A stretch of 63,980 bases of DNA, counting the filler, from Hausera hauseri (taxonomy: Eukaryota), in assembly GCA_046269625.1 (NCBI GenBank). It is 11 parts of 11 records of this genome, joined end to end, with 100 filler letters (N's around TTAATTAATTAA, not from the genome) between each part and the next. Parts side by side here need not be neighbours in the genome. Positions count along the whole stretch, not along the records: positions 36,005 to 40,472 come from JBJURY010565672.1; positions 40,573 to 44,959 come from JBJURY010606443.1; positions 45,060 to 49,304 come from JBJURY010678996.1; positions 49,405 to 53,937 come from JBJURY010538787.1; 7 more parts are not named here. The stretch is one strand, 5' to 3'. Below are positions 36,084 to 50,122 of this stretch, piece after piece; within the stretch, counting starts at the first letter, position 1; the number at the start of each line of letters is the position of its first letter. A program made the translations under genes and the position numbers. The notes under the pieces are model-generated. The model made no database searches and had not been told where the DNA came from. It saw nothing but the letters and a program-made list of their open reading frames with translations.

Positions 36084-37832
36084 GGCACACGTGCAAAATC
36101 GATTTATCCATTCCCCTCCCCTTCCGGGGTGGGACAGAAAGCACATTTTCCCCCTACTTATAAAATAGTTGGAAACGTTAAATGTAGTTTAATGGTACAT
36201 AATAATTAATATATAGTAACAAAGAATTGTATGTATGAGAAACAATTGCAAAAAGGAGATATAAAAAGATAATTAAACCAAACAGTCGGTCTACACAGAA
36301 TTATATATGGAACGAAATAAGAGAAGACTACGTAGATTCGAAGAAATTGTGGTTGAAATTGCGAAAGACTTGTTCCTTCATTAACTGTTTCATTGATTTG
36401 TTGATATTCCGTGTCGTGTAATCAGCAACTGGTAAAATTTTATTTATTAAAAATTGTATTACTCGCTAATTTTCTACATAGTTTTTAACCGCTCCTTAAG
36501 AGTGGTTTGACGTCCACTAAGTGTTAAATCAGAGCAAAATATATAGATAAAACTAGAGTCTGATTAAACTCGCACGCAATTACCAGCACCACTGTTTATA
36601 ATATCATCATAAGTAAGGCACAATCTGTCTATCCGAGAACGGTAGAGCTTACCTGTAAGAAATATTAAATTCAAGTGTAACTACTGCTATATAGTGGGAG
36701 AGCGCGTAAGGGCCACCACAATATATAACAAGATCATTTTAATTTTTCCGTAACCTAGTAATTGGTCGGACCACACCTGTCCGGCTATAACAATCGGGTA
36801 TGCTGCCAAGTCAAGTCTGAATCGAACATTTATTTCCCTTTGTTTTGTACAACAACAACAACAATTAAATCGTTTTTAATGAATGTTAGGAGTACACAAA
36901 CCACATGGGTTAACCAATTCCGTAGGAGATTGAGAGAGTCCATCGGAATTAGTTACATTGCAATGTTGCTTGAAACAAATCCGATCTGCTGACTGCCAAA
37001 GTGGAATGTAATCACCTTTGACAAAATCTTTCACGAGCCGTATTTGACATGGATTGCCATCCAACGCATAGTAATCCGCCAATTTCCGATAGGTGCGAAA
37101 CAAGTGACCGAATATTATATCCATGTCAACAAGAACTTGCTTCATATGTCGTAGATAAGGTTCTCGTGACCTCTAATTCTCCTCAGCACGCCGGAGTACC
37201 TGTTCGGGAGAATAGTATCGTGCATCATGTAAAGGTCGATCAAGAGTGTAAAAGTGATTCCGGAGACCGTCGAACAAGTGATATAAATGAATGAGTTCTG
37301 TTAAATGGGATATGCCATAATGTCATACCGTAAAGAAGCGCATGTATTTATACTGAAATGTAACAACAGCAAAGACACGTGAAATAAATTGTATTGATTC
37401 AAGAAAACAAACATAGCAAAATAATACATATTTGTGATTATATACGGTCAATCAACATTTTCATTACAATACAAAACGAAGCAGAAAATACAAGTACAAT
37501 GAAAAAATTAATCCGTCGTTGTTGTTGTCGTTTTCGTCTCATTTCATCTTTGATACGTTGTATGAACATAGATCTTACTAGTAACTTAATATACTCTCGC
37601 CTGCTCATTATTCTAGTTTCTGTGAGCTCACATAAAAACTGTACATCAAACACATGTCCTGTCAAAATACAGTAATGGGAATAAGTTGTGGTGTATTGTA
37701 ATTAAATTTATTTATTTATAATTAATACATTTTCATTTATTTTTAGTTTAACATTTACTTTAATTTGTTTATCATTCACAAATGTTTGCAATATCCTATA
37801 TATTGCGTAACTCGCATACATGAGGGTGGACA

Positions 37833-40472
37833 GTGCCACAAGGAAATGGCCGAATATTATTTAGTGGCAAGGACACGTACCTATGTCCCGTGTGTTTTAT
37901 TCAAAACACATGCCCGTACACCGAATTTTATGAGATACACAAGCACCATCTCGGTCCGTTCACGCGGTCCAAGAAGATGATGGTTGTGCATTGCCCCACA
38001 TACCCGCAATATTGTAGTTGTAGTAAAGTGCATGACGTTGATGGTTTCCATAGTGTAATGGAGCAGTACTATGGCGCCACAAAGGTGCATGGTAAACGGG
38101 CCAACGTTTCTCCCGGTTGTTCTATAGTTGATGAAATCAACTATGAACAATTCTGCAACATTCACAAGGACAACTTTAACCAGTTTCAGCAGTCCAAAAA
38201 GGAAATAGTTATGGCGCCAAGAAAAACCAGTATCCTCCCAACAAGCAGGAAACATCAATCATCCACAAGTCTTGACGAATACGTCCGAAACAGCACCGAT
38301 CATCATCATCAGCAGCAGAAGCAGATGCTACAGCAGGAGTCTTCCATTACTGTCAAGTACGATCTAAACAAATCGTATGTGGACGTGAAATTAAACATGT
38401 CGGGTTCAATAACACTACAACTGAAACACGTTCCGTCCAGCGTGCGCAACCAATTGGAATTAGAAATGGAAAAATTCAAACGCAACAACATCAAGGTGCA
38501 ATATCATGCACTTGCACAATTTGAAAACTTTGAAGGTGACTGGAAACAATGGTATGTGTCACATCGAGCCGCACCGTATTCAGAAGATTTTATTGTCGAT
38601 GTAGGCGAAAAGTTGGATGAGGAAATCGCCAACTACACGGAAAAGGGTAGTAAATGGCGAATTATACGAATTGTTACACTCGGCTTTATCGTAATAAAAT
38701 CGAGTGACGCGGTATATTTGTCTGGACGGTCATTCATACCGACACCTGCATCTCTAAGGCATTTGCTGGTGGTAGTAAATGTACAAAATACTGACGATGA
38801 CGACGAATACTATTTTCTGTACAGTATTTCGGCTGTATTGAAGTACAACGAAGTGAACTGATATCATGCAAATCATCCAAATCAGCATCGGCAGTATTTT
38901 TTCGAATTGCAATTTGATGAATGCTAGATGCCGATAGAACTGAAAACTTTTTCGGCTTTTGAACGGCGTAATTCGACGCTGTCAATTAACGTTTACCGGT
39001 ACAACACAATAGTTTAAATACCGGAAGACGAAGAAATTTATAAGAACCCCCATGTAGACATAATTTATCGCAGTCGGAACCCGAATGGACGCTCGGTAAA
39101 TTTGTTGTTTTTGGAGCAGGCTGAAAAATTTCATTACGTGTCAGTGACAAATCTGGATAAACTGTTGAACATGGAGCATGACCAGTTAATTAAAAAGTGA
39201 ATACGATGCAAATAGTTTCCTGTATCTCTGCATGGATTCAGATCGGAAACAACGTAAGAGAAATATGTCACGCTATGCAGACAAAACGCATCAAAGACAA
39301 CAGTGTACGTCATGCCCGTCAAAAAGGAACTCAGATTCAGTGATTGGTCTAAAACGGACAGTCCGGCATATGTTCCCTATGCCGATATCGAAACAGTTCT
39401 ACCACCACACAATGTATACTATCAAAAGCACGTTCAAATAGCCGTCGGCATGTTACTAGTACCAATAAAAGCCGCCGGACAAGCACAGTATTACGTTTTC
39501 CATGGTTGGAACTGTGTGCGTGATTTCCTGCAGCAGTTGGAAACCATAGTGGAAACGGAAATGGCGCCGTGGTATCGCAACAATTGCAATAAGCCATTGA
39601 TTGTGGCAGACGAATAACAACCGTTGCTTTTCACTGTCACCGATGAATGTTATCTGTGCCACAAAATAATACAGTTTGATGCACAGGAACGGCTCGTATA
39701 GGATTACGACCATTTCACCGGTCGATACTTGGAAGTAGCATGTAATTCATGCAATTTAGCAAGGCGGGTGCGACCATTCTTGCCGGTGATTTTTCATAAT
39801 TTCCGAGGTTATGAGTGTCACTATATTCTCAAATGGGTCATTAACGGCTTTTGGCACTAAAAGCTGTCAATAATCCCATTGACAATGGAGAAATACTTGT
39901 ATCTGCCGGCACGCATAAACCGATTCCAGGTACGCTTCCTTGATTCATTGCAATTTCTTAATGAATCATTGGCAAAGCTGGCAAATGTGTTGCCAAATGT
40001 GCCGATAGCACTGACACAGTTCCCTGCACATATTGTACGCAGCAAAGGCGTATTTCAGTAACTTTGCAACATCGCATGAGCGACTCCGGACAGCAGAGAA
40101 ATTACCGCCGCTATGGACAGGTATTACAGAAAATGAATATCGGAGAGCACAAGAATTTTGGACAGAACTGGACTGTAGAAACATGTTGGATTACATGCTC
40201 CAGTATTTTAAACTGGACGTGTACTTATTAGCCGACGTGTTTCAAGCATTTCGGACCAAAGCGCTAAAAGAAGATAGGTTGGAACCACTCAACTTTTATT
40301 CCATACCGGGAATGAGTTGGGCGTCGGCTCTAATGTCACTGGATCGAGACATTGAGCTGCAAAAAGATCCGGAAATGTACCGGCTGTTTGATGTCGGTAT
40401 TCGCGGCGGCATGACATTTGTCAACAAACATCAGGTCAGTGCTACCGCCGATACCACATCACTGCTGTATAT
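37833..40472 (+). pseudogene. Polinton pPolB (N-terminal/exonuclease half) with an endonuclease VII/HNH insertion
   Basis: YTEKGSKWRI; VNVQNTDD; PYADIET; CYLC..DHFTGRY..ACNSCN..VIFHNFRGY; RFLDSLQFL; LDVYLLADVF; YSIPGMSW; GIRGG. Confidence 0.88.
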
Positions 40473-40649
40473 NNNNNNNNNNNNNNNNNNNNNNNNNNNN
40501 NNNNNNNNNNNNNNNNTTAATTAATTAANNNNNNNNNNNNNNNNNNNNNNNNNNNNNNNNNNNNNNNNNNNNGATTTTACGAAGAATTAATTGACGAAAA
40601 CTTAAAAGTGGCCTATGAAAATAAGCCACAACCAAAAAGACATCTAACT

Positions 40650-41623
40650 ATTCAAAATGGCGACATAAATGTTAGCAAATTCGATAGAAACCCAGAGATG
40701 TTGTTCTTATTTTTTAAGAGTTACAAATCTCAAAGTATCGCAATGGGTTTAGAAAAAAAGACATGATTCGGAGATTGCCTCTATACCTAATTGATATAGC
40801 TGTAGACGCTTTCAGTGGATTAACAGGCGGCGGAAATAATAAATGGAACAATGTGCAAACAGCTTTTAGCGATTGATTTTATACGACATTACCACCTCAT
40901 CAACAATTGATCAAGCTACAAAATAGATATCAACAATATGATGAAAATGCTACACAGTACGGATATGCCTTACGACAAATCGTTGCCCAATATGTTGAAG
41001 CAGTACGACTAGATGCAACAAAAAAGGATAATGAATTTAACGAAAAAGAATTAAATACAGATGTGTTACTGCTCACACAATTTCTGAATGGATTAATTCC
41101 AGAATTGCGATATAAAGTACAAGCAAAATACCCTAGCGATTTCTTAGATGCATTAAAAACAGCACAAATGATAGAATCATTCTCACCACCAAAGACAGAA
41201 ATGATAAAATTCATGATAATGATACACGTAGAAATAACAGCCCACGTCCAGAAAATGAATTTCAAAGAAATGATAACAGACGAAATGATCAAAGAAATCG
41301 AAAATATATTGACGTTGACTATGACAGAGATGACTACAAGAAAAAATGCAATCAGAGAAACCTTAGCGATAATCGAATTCAAATGCCGATGAAACAAGAA
41401 AATGTCACACATTATGAACACTTTGACTCTCCTCGAAGTGAACAGAGTTCGGTTTAGTCCTGAAACTCAGTACCAAAGAGACGGAAGACAAGACCTAAAC
41501 AAAATCGGAAGGATGCCAATATGTTATAGATGTAACAAAGTTGGACATTATGCCAATATCTGCCGAACTTCGGCTTTCAAATTGCCTATGCGGACAGAAA
41601 AAAAATCCAGTGCACAAAGTTAA
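40650..41623 (+). pseudogene. Gypsy-type Gag with CCHC zinc knuckle
   Basis: LLTQFLNGLIPELR..DALKTAQMIE; PICYRCNKVGHYANIC. Confidence 0.8.
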
Positions 41624-41899
41624 AACACGATACCTCAGAATATTTTTTGAAAAGAGTTGCCGAATTAACGCCTGATGAAAGGAACATTACAGCTAGCGCT
41701 CTGAGAAAAATGGATGCCGACGTTGACCGAATTTTTGGACGATATAATGTTGATACTAGTTTTAATTTGCCTCAGTGCCAAGGAATTTTTGATGATTTAA
41801 AGATAATTAAACTTTTGAATTGAATAAAAATGAACCTGTTGCAGAACCAGTGCAGGCTAAACGTATTACTGAGTCGGTAATCAAAGAAGCTCGGACGGA

Positions 41900-43700
41900 A
41901 GCTAAGAACATATTTCTTCTTGGTGAACCTCTTTGAAATAGATGAGTTTATGCTCGAATGCTTTCCAGTAGATCCACAAATTGCAGTATGCACTCGGACA
42001 AAAAAGGATTTTGATAAAGACAAAATTTATCGAGAGAACAAATTTACGAATTATCGAATATCTAAAAAGAAATCAAAAGAAACCCAGAAATCACGTGTCA
42101 CGAAATGGGATATTGAATATGAACAGACACATCAAAACCAGACGAACCCATGGCATCCACATCTAGACAAAGCGAGTTATGCGCATCATGTCCTGAACTA
42201 CAAAATATTGGAAGAGATAATTTATTTAAAATCGCAGATAAGGAACTTAATGAACAATTACAACCAAGAATCAGAGAACGAATACAAAAAGATTTAAAGA
42301 AAATAGACCAAGGAAAAATTCCCGAAAATTAAAACAATCAAAATTGGTCAATACTTATACCCGAAGAGATTGTTTAGGTACGCTCGACAAAACTGATAAA
42401 GACAAGCTAATTAAAGAGATTTATCGAATTTAAAAAAAAGAATTGGTTACTTCGCAGAAAGAACCAAGATACTTAATGGATAGAGAAAAAAAAGAAAAAC
42501 TAAACAAATAAATCGATGAAATAATTGATGAAGTACTCGGTCAAAATAGGGAATCATCTCCTATAATTAGCAGTGAGAACAGCACTAGTGCAACACCTAT
42601 TATGGCAGATAGAAATTCCCAAACTGCAGCTGAACCTGACATTGGAAAATTGATAGAAGAAGGTCAAAACGTATTACTCACAGAATGTAACGTAGCCAAT
42701 AAAAACGAGTATTTAGATAGATTATGCCTTTTGCTCTTAAAAATAAAGAAAATGAAACCTGAATACAAGAATCAGTTAAAAGAAATCCGAACTGATATGG
42801 AATTATGGCTAACTCAGACCTATGAATCTCAAACAAAAATTGAATTGAAAAAGATCAACGATATCCTAGATCAAAATTTAGAAGAAAATGACAAATCATT
42901 TTGGACAGAACAAAAGAGAATTATGGAAATCGCAATAAAACCACAAAGTACTTTAGAAAAGAAAAAAGTCATAAACGAAATGCGCGAATAAAATTGAGTC
43001 AAATAATGGTTAATCATTTGTTCAAGATATTAGAATAAAAATCCATATGTAAAAGACTACAAGACAATTCAATAATGAACCAATCACCACGTGTAAAGGC
43101 AAGAATTGACCTCCTCATTCGTAGTTTACAGGCCTTAGGCATTAAAAGTACAGAAGAAAATGAGAAGGAATTAACAGAAATTCTCAATGAACTAAATGAA
43201 TTACATCAATGTTTGGCAGACAGTATTTACCTTGACAAAAAACCCACGGATTTGATAGAAAAGTTAATCGAAATTTCTAAACAATACATAAACGATAATG
43301 ATTATCCTCCCATGGTACTTCTAATGACCATTAACGAACTAATAAAAGGAGTAACCACGGTAGATGATTTAATTAACCGGTTAGAAGGAATAAAACAATC
43401 ACCCAAGTTTCAGAAGTTTATAGATAGAAAAAGAAAACAAAGAGATTCACCAGAATCATGATTAATTATTGATGAAGATTTACCGCAAATTACCCTTATA
43501 CCTTACCAAGATAGAGAAAAGGATATTCAAGAACCATTAGAAAAATTAAAATGATCGACCCTAAATCAAAGGAAAACGATAATGAAACACCCAGTTTTTG
43601 GATAAAAATGAGAAATTAGACATTGCAAATGAAACGCCATCAGTAGTGAAAGGAAAACCAATAATAAGAGTTAGAAAATGTGATAATTTGTTTGAATAAT
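41900..43700 (+). pseudogene. Decayed charged/helical ORF region downstream of Gag, product unknown
   Basis: Series of same-strand E/K/L-rich ORF pieces; no recognised motif. Confidence 0.4.
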
Positions 43701-45689
43701 GTCAATTATATATTAGAAATATAAATGGATATGGAATCTTCTAGTTCTCTTACTGATAAATACAGAATGTATATTAATTTAGTTAAACAAAGCAATATTT
43801 TGAAAATATTTTATGTTGCCGCGGAGTTATTACATTTTATTCAATTATCTTGTTAAGTCCTTATAATTTTTGCCGATGCTGTAAATGAATTAATGTACAT
43901 ATTGATACACACAATCATCTAGTGAGATATCTTTTTAAATTGTAGAATTCTCCTGAAATAGCGTAGTTATTTGTATCGCCAAATTTTGTACCATAATGCA
44001 TGCTGGAAATAATATGAAACTGTTTAATTAACTCTGGAATTCGGTTTTCTGGCTTAAAATTATTAAGTATTTTTAATTTTGTTTTCAGTATCATTCACTG
44101 AACCAAAGTGGAGTTTTTACATTTGGTGATTAACCACACATAATTAATAACCAGGCTTATCCATACATTTTACATATTTCGTAATCCATACACGCCACAA
44201 TTGGCCAAATGCTGCCATCGATAAGGTTTAGTCTGACGAATATAAATTATGACAATTTTCAGCATAAATGATCAAACTGTGCATGCCTTGTGTGAAGAAG
44301 CAGAGTAATACTGTATCATATTGTTGTGGTATCTATGTTAGCAGCTCGCTTTCCAAAATGCCAAGAAATAAACTCTTGATTTTATATAACATCCTTTGGG
44401 ATAAAAAGACGAAATTAGTTATTCTCTTAGCATAATTATATTTATCAATTATTCTACTCGTTAATCTCGTATTGCAAGACTCTTGCGTTACGGCCTTCCT
44501 ATGACTAAATTTTTTGGACGAAAATCATTTGTGAAATTCCTTTTACGCGAATCTCACAGCTTCTTTATTTACAGTAACGCTTTTATTCACATTTAAATTT
44601 ATAAGTATCACGTTTTCCGTAAAGTTTAAAGTACAAATCAGGCAAGTATTACAAGTTATTATAAACAACGTCAAACGACTATACCTTTTACAACTCCACT
44701 AAGAAATCCAGGCATAGCAGCAACCCAATGGACGTCATTGTTCATAAAGAAATCATCACAGAATGATGTTTTATTTTGAATGCAATACTCTTGGAATAGA
44801 ATGGTTTTGTTGCATGCTAAACTTCCATTTATTTTGAAAAATGTTTGTTTTAATAATCGGTCTCCAAGGAAACAAACTCTAAAATTAAATTAGGTTTAAC
44901 AAAATTGTATGAAATATTTCCGATTATTTAGTCAGAAATTCGAAAAAAAAAACAAATTTNNNNNNNNNNNNNNNNNNNNNNNNNNNNNNNNNNNNNNNNN
45001 NNNTTAATTAATTAANNNNNNNNNNNNNNNNNNNNNNNNNNNNNNNNNNNNNNNNNNNNCGCAGTATATTGATGTGAGACAGTGTAGAAACAGACCAACA
45101 TTTGATAGAGTATTCAGACAAAGAACAACTTCTGAATTTGGAGAAAACTCAATTTCATATTTGCAAGCTTCACACAAGGCGCTGATGTTTGCCTGAGTCC
45201 ATGCGGGAATTGTCATTACGCTTGATTGGTCTACATGTAAACAAAGCAAGGCAAACTCCTTTTCAGGATTACTGACGAGAGTGGGCCACATGTCAAAAGG
45301 AACATGCTTTTCCATTTTCAAATGCACCAACAACGTACCGATATTATTTGATAAATTTGGCTTTATACATCGTATTAACAACAATAACGTAAAGTTTTCT
45401 CCATTATCTTCAAAGAAATCTTCAGAAATAAAATTCATTTTTAAAGCATAAAAAATCTTTTATTTCGTTCAAAAAATTTATTTCTTTCTATTTCGCGTTA
45501 CCGCGTTATTTTAACAAACAATATCACTGTACAGAATATATATAGAACATACCGGGGTGAATCCGATCTCTGTTTAAAAAAATCCCACACGGTTATAATG
45601 AATGATTGGATTATTTTAATATTTTCTATGATGCCAAATTTAGTTACTATTATTATTAACTGCAAAGAGTTTAGATGTACGTTTTCAGC

Positions 45690-46140
45690 TGTTGGAATGA
45701 TATACGTTTAAATTAAAAATGTGTCTGATCGATTAAAGTGTGTCATATGCCATAAGCTTCTTAATAATGCTAAACAAGCTCCATGTGGATGTAAAGTTTG
45801 TTCTAAATGCATTCCTATATATTTGGGTGGTGATAGTAAACCATGTCCTAGTAAACAAATGGAATGTGAGAATATCATATCCACTGTTGATTTAAATACG
45901 GATAATGCTACAAATCGAGAAATTTTAAACTTGAAAACAAGTTGCCCATTTGAAGGATGTAAGTTTTCTGATGTGCTTAAAATGATGGTTGGTAACATTG
46001 ACCAGTGTGATTTTCGGGAGGTTAAGTGCGAAAAATGTGGTGTGCTATATAAAGCTAACGAAAAATTAAGCACGATGGAAATTATTGTGAAATGAGAATT
46101 GTTAGTTGTGCTCATTATGAAGAAAAAATGAAATTCAAGG
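45690..46140 (+). pseudogene. TRAF-like N-terminal RING + zinc finger fragment
   Basis: LKCVICHKLL..AKQAPCGCKVCSKCI..PCP..DNATNREILNLKTSCPFEGC..CDFREVKCEKC. Confidence 0.75.
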
Positions 46141-46817
46141 ATTATACAAAAAAAAACATAAAATAAATCCAATTGAGCACTACACCATTCATATATTCTT
46201 TGAAAAGCTAGTCTGATTTTTGAACGACTGCTTATGGTAGTTATGAACTGATATGTAGAAACTGCAGTTCATGGTGCATATTTATATTTAATCTCAGTCC
46301 ACTGTTTTATACGCACACAAAATATTTGGAAAACCACCAAAATTTTAGAAATATAGATTGTCAACTGCAACCTATAGATGGCTATATTCGAAAAGATAAA
46401 TAACGTGGATGTCGTGAATTGGTCATATCATCCTTTGGTTGATGAATACATACTCTTTATTCACTAAGAAAGCTTCATTTACGGTCGTCTTTCGTAACTT
46501 TTGAAAGTATAAGTACGTTTAGTCTATGTGATGACAATTTACCGGCCACTTGTTCTTTTCAATGCTATGACATTTCCGAAATTTTTAGTAATTTCCACCG
46601 TTTGAATTTGAAGAATTCACCGGTGAAATCTCGAACCGAATTACACGTTATGAAATATTCTTATCCTCTGTACACATTCCACGTTCCAACGTGTACATAT
46701 TCCAACAATTTTGTTGGAATGTAATGTTCCCAATGGATTTTGAGCAGAACAAAAATAAACGTATTTGACGTATTTACGCTCGGATTCTCGTTCATCAATT
46801 ATTAGTGACTTTGTGTT

Positions 46818-46960
46818 TCAAGTTTTAACTTTTCCAAATGTTATCTCTTCAATAACTGTACATGTATCAAGGACTTCCGAAACTGAAATGAACCACTGAT
46901 AAACAAGCGTTGGATTGCCCTTGATATTGCACGTCAATGTGATTTTAGAAAAAATTTTAA
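46818..46960 (-). pseudogene. Immunoglobulin-domain fragment
   Basis: KITLTCNIKGNPTLVYQWF (Ig I-set B/C strand motif). Confidence 0.5.
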
Positions 46961-47214
46961 TTTCAGATGGTAAATCTTCCTCGACTGTTGATGGAGATTT
47001 ATCTCGAATGGTGTTTTCTGCTGCTGATTTACTGTTATCGAAAAAATATTTCACAAGTGAAAGTCTGGGCGAGAAACACGTACTATGGCGGAAACAAAGA
47101 TTCAGAAAACCGGGCCCAACTATGGATCTTACGCGGCGACGGCGGACGCCCGGCAGCGCCCAACCACATGGGCGAAAGGGCACCGGCCGCGGTGGGTACC
47201 ACACATGGATCTTA

Positions 47215-48071
47215 GCATATTAACGCCAACAATTTCACACGATGTTTTGTATGTGTCAGAATCCAGTTCGATAGAAGCCAGTAGTTGTTTACGTCCTCCA
47301 GCAACAAGTACGGATTCGGTTAAGTCCGTTAAAATGTTGATTCCGTGAAATGCTCCATAGAGTTATGGTTTGTATTTGGTAACAATAAATCATCCAACAG
47401 TGTTTTGATAGAATTCGCGTTTTGAAAAACCCAGATTCCTAGCCAGTATTTCGTAAAACGCAAAATATGTAACATTGTCATGTGGTATAATCGAAATATG
47501 ACCATCTGCGTCTATTTCTCATGTCTTTACAGCTAATGTAGCCATTTTCTTGACGTACTCACACCATTCCATTCCGTTTCCATGAATATCGGATTCCGCA
47601 TTGGATGAAAGGCCCAATTTTCACCAATTATAACATGGCCACCTAGCCGTAGACGTTTTGAGTGTATATTGATTAATTGAAAACCCCATGTTTAAACATC
47701 AGCTATAGAATTAAACTGCATTTCAATGTAATTTCAATGCATTAGTTTCATACGGTAGTTTGACAAATAAGCATAAACCGAAAAATGTTGTCGCGAATAA
47801 TTGCGAAGATTATATCGGTCATTGTGTCGGATTGTCCGCAAACGACTTGAAATAGGGTACGTTTCTTGTCGGATAAAGTAAATACCACTGTTCTGACGTA
47901 TTGTCATTGGTGAAAATGTAAATGTGAATTCCGTCAAAGCTACTTCCCAGGATCCGTTGCGTAAATCAACCGGTTGGTCCAAGTCACGGTAAACTGTTTA
48001 GCGGTATTTCCGTCATTGTCGTCATGTTCTGATAATGATCTGTTACTATCAAGTACCAAATAAATGTTCAT
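47215..48071 (-). pseudogene. Polinton minor capsid (penton-like) protein
   Basis: MNIYLVLDSN..NT..FTV..PVDL..GSWEVALTEF; near the end INILTDLTESVLVAG..QLL. Confidence 0.65.
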
Positions 48072-48199
48072 CACCCAATGTGCGATGCAAAAATCCAATT
48101 GGTGTAGTGTATCCGTGTCACTTGACGAGATATTGTTTATTGGAACCTTTGCCACGTGAACGTAGAATTTCCTGAATGCAATATACATCGGGTTTCTCA

Positions 48200-49050
48200 G
48201 ACAGGACCTGCAGTTCCTGTTCGTAGAATTTATCGCGTATTTCCTAACCGTTTTCGTCCTCTAAAACGTACATGACAGGTGTATGTTTTATGTTGATTGC
48301 CGAAATGCGGAAAACCTCGTCGCTCTAGTTCTGATTAAAATACTTAATGAATGGCGTCGTACTTATTTTTGAAATACGTACATAATCACCCATTTTATAT
48401 TTTGAGCGTTTAATTGCCTGTCGTCCTTGTCGATTCTGATAATGCCACATGTCCAAATCACGGATTACGTCAACCGGCCGTAATTCATTGATGCCACGAT
48501 GTGTCGAATGATTGTATGCATGAATAATATCCGGCATTACATCTACCCAGCGTTTGTTGCCTTGCTTCGCAAAGAATTTGTTTAGGCGACCGCGCAATGT
48601 TTGATTAAATCGTTCAACGAGTGTAGCTTTGTATTGGGAAAACACTGGGTAGTGGTTTACGCCAAACCCTTTCAAGAACGCTGCAACGTTGGTGTTGTAG
48701 AATTACTTACTCAAATCCGTTTGTAAATACTTCGGTTGTTGTTGTTTTTGTTGTTGCATCAGAGTCTGAACAGCGTTGGCAATCTCTATACCGGATTTAG
48801 ATTTTACGACAATTGCACGTGCAAAACTACTAAACACATCAACGCATGTCATCACGTATTGATACCCATCGTTGATGCTGGCGTACGGAATCATTTCCAT
48901 CAGATCCATTTTCCATGCGTTATTTACACCGGCAGCACGGTATGCACGAGTTGGAAACCGCCTTCTTATCGGTTTGTTTAGGCTTTATGCTAACTGTTTC
49001 CCGAGACAAAGTTGGGTCTGTTGCCGAGTCTGTTTGACAGTCTTTGCCAG
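48200..49050 (-). pseudogene. Polinton retroviral-like (c-)integrase
   Basis: MDLMEM..NDGYQYVMTCVDVFS; LQTD; KATLVERFNQTL; YNHSTHRGI; GDYVRISK; FYEQEL. Confidence 0.88.
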
Positions 49051-49404
49051 TTTGTCGAAGCCAGTATACCAGACAGGATGACCCGAGTCCAACCACATGT
49101 CGCCAATCGGCACCGTCGATGGTGCCGGTTTTGCTTGCATTGCAACAATTAGAACGAAAGGTAAATGAAAGATTCTGTAAACTGGGAAAAATGATGAAAA
49201 TTATGCACCCATATTGCCGAATCATCATATACTTACCGTCCTTATTTATACTATGCTGTAGAACCAATGAGTTTACCCAGTAATGACTTGACAATCGGTA
49301 GAATNNNNNNNNNNNNNNNNNNNNNNNNNNNNNNNNNNNNNNNNNNNNTTAATTAATTAANNNNNNNNNNNNNNNNNNNNNNNNNNNNNNNNNNNNNNNN
49401 NNNN

Positions 49405-50122
49405 CTGAAGCAGTTTCTGCTTTTTTGTCAGGCGTGTGGTCGTCAACGCCTCCTTTTAGTTTCGGAGTCGCCAGTATGGTGGTATTTTCTACCAAAATAG
49501 TATTGATTGCGCAATTATTCTTGTGTAATAGTTTTCCATTATGAGAAAATGTATGCTCGGAATACTGTTGGTTTAAAACTTCCAGCATTCTCGACATAAC
49601 TAGAGTGGATGGAAAGCGATTAGTTTTTGTATGACGCCAATTTTGTACAATAAGGTGTACTTCGTTTGGCGTACAATCGGTCGATGTTGTTTCACCATAG
49701 TAAATTTTGTTGGTTATGTCAATCGACTGACGATTGGATGAATTGTTGAGTAGCGAATTTTCGTTTGTTTTGTGTGCTATTTTGGCACGGTTCGTATAAT
49801 CGGGTTTGTATTCCGATTTGATGGTGTTGACGCATGTGTTAGTGCTAGAATATATTGGTACTTGTTCAATATCACGCGTTGTAATTTTCTGGTTGCAGTT
49901 GGTTTTGGTGATACAACTGTCAGTGGGTATTACGTGATTATGTTTGGTGATGCATGAATGTGTGACCGGATTAATTTCGACAGCACTTGTGTGAATTTGA
50001 GCCTGACTGCTATCAATGGCTGTGTGAAGTGTTTGAGCCGGATTTATTTGAACGGCTGCGTTTGAGTTATAGGACGTGAATGCGGTAACCGCTGCCACTA
50101 TTTTAGTGAGTTTAGTTTTCAA
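49405..50122 (-). CDS. Thr/Asn-rich ORF ending in a ubiquitin-like domain (..HNGKLL..PKLKGG), probable retroelement Gag leader; runs off contig end
   Basis: Open frame; Ubl-like C-terminal segment similar in pattern to 33457-33726. Confidence 0.5.

Noticed and set aside
47140-47185. Hammerhead ribozyme (stem followed by GAAA); also CTGANGA motifs near 19727 and 19914
   Set aside because: No site has both CUGANGA and GAAA cores with properly paired stems.
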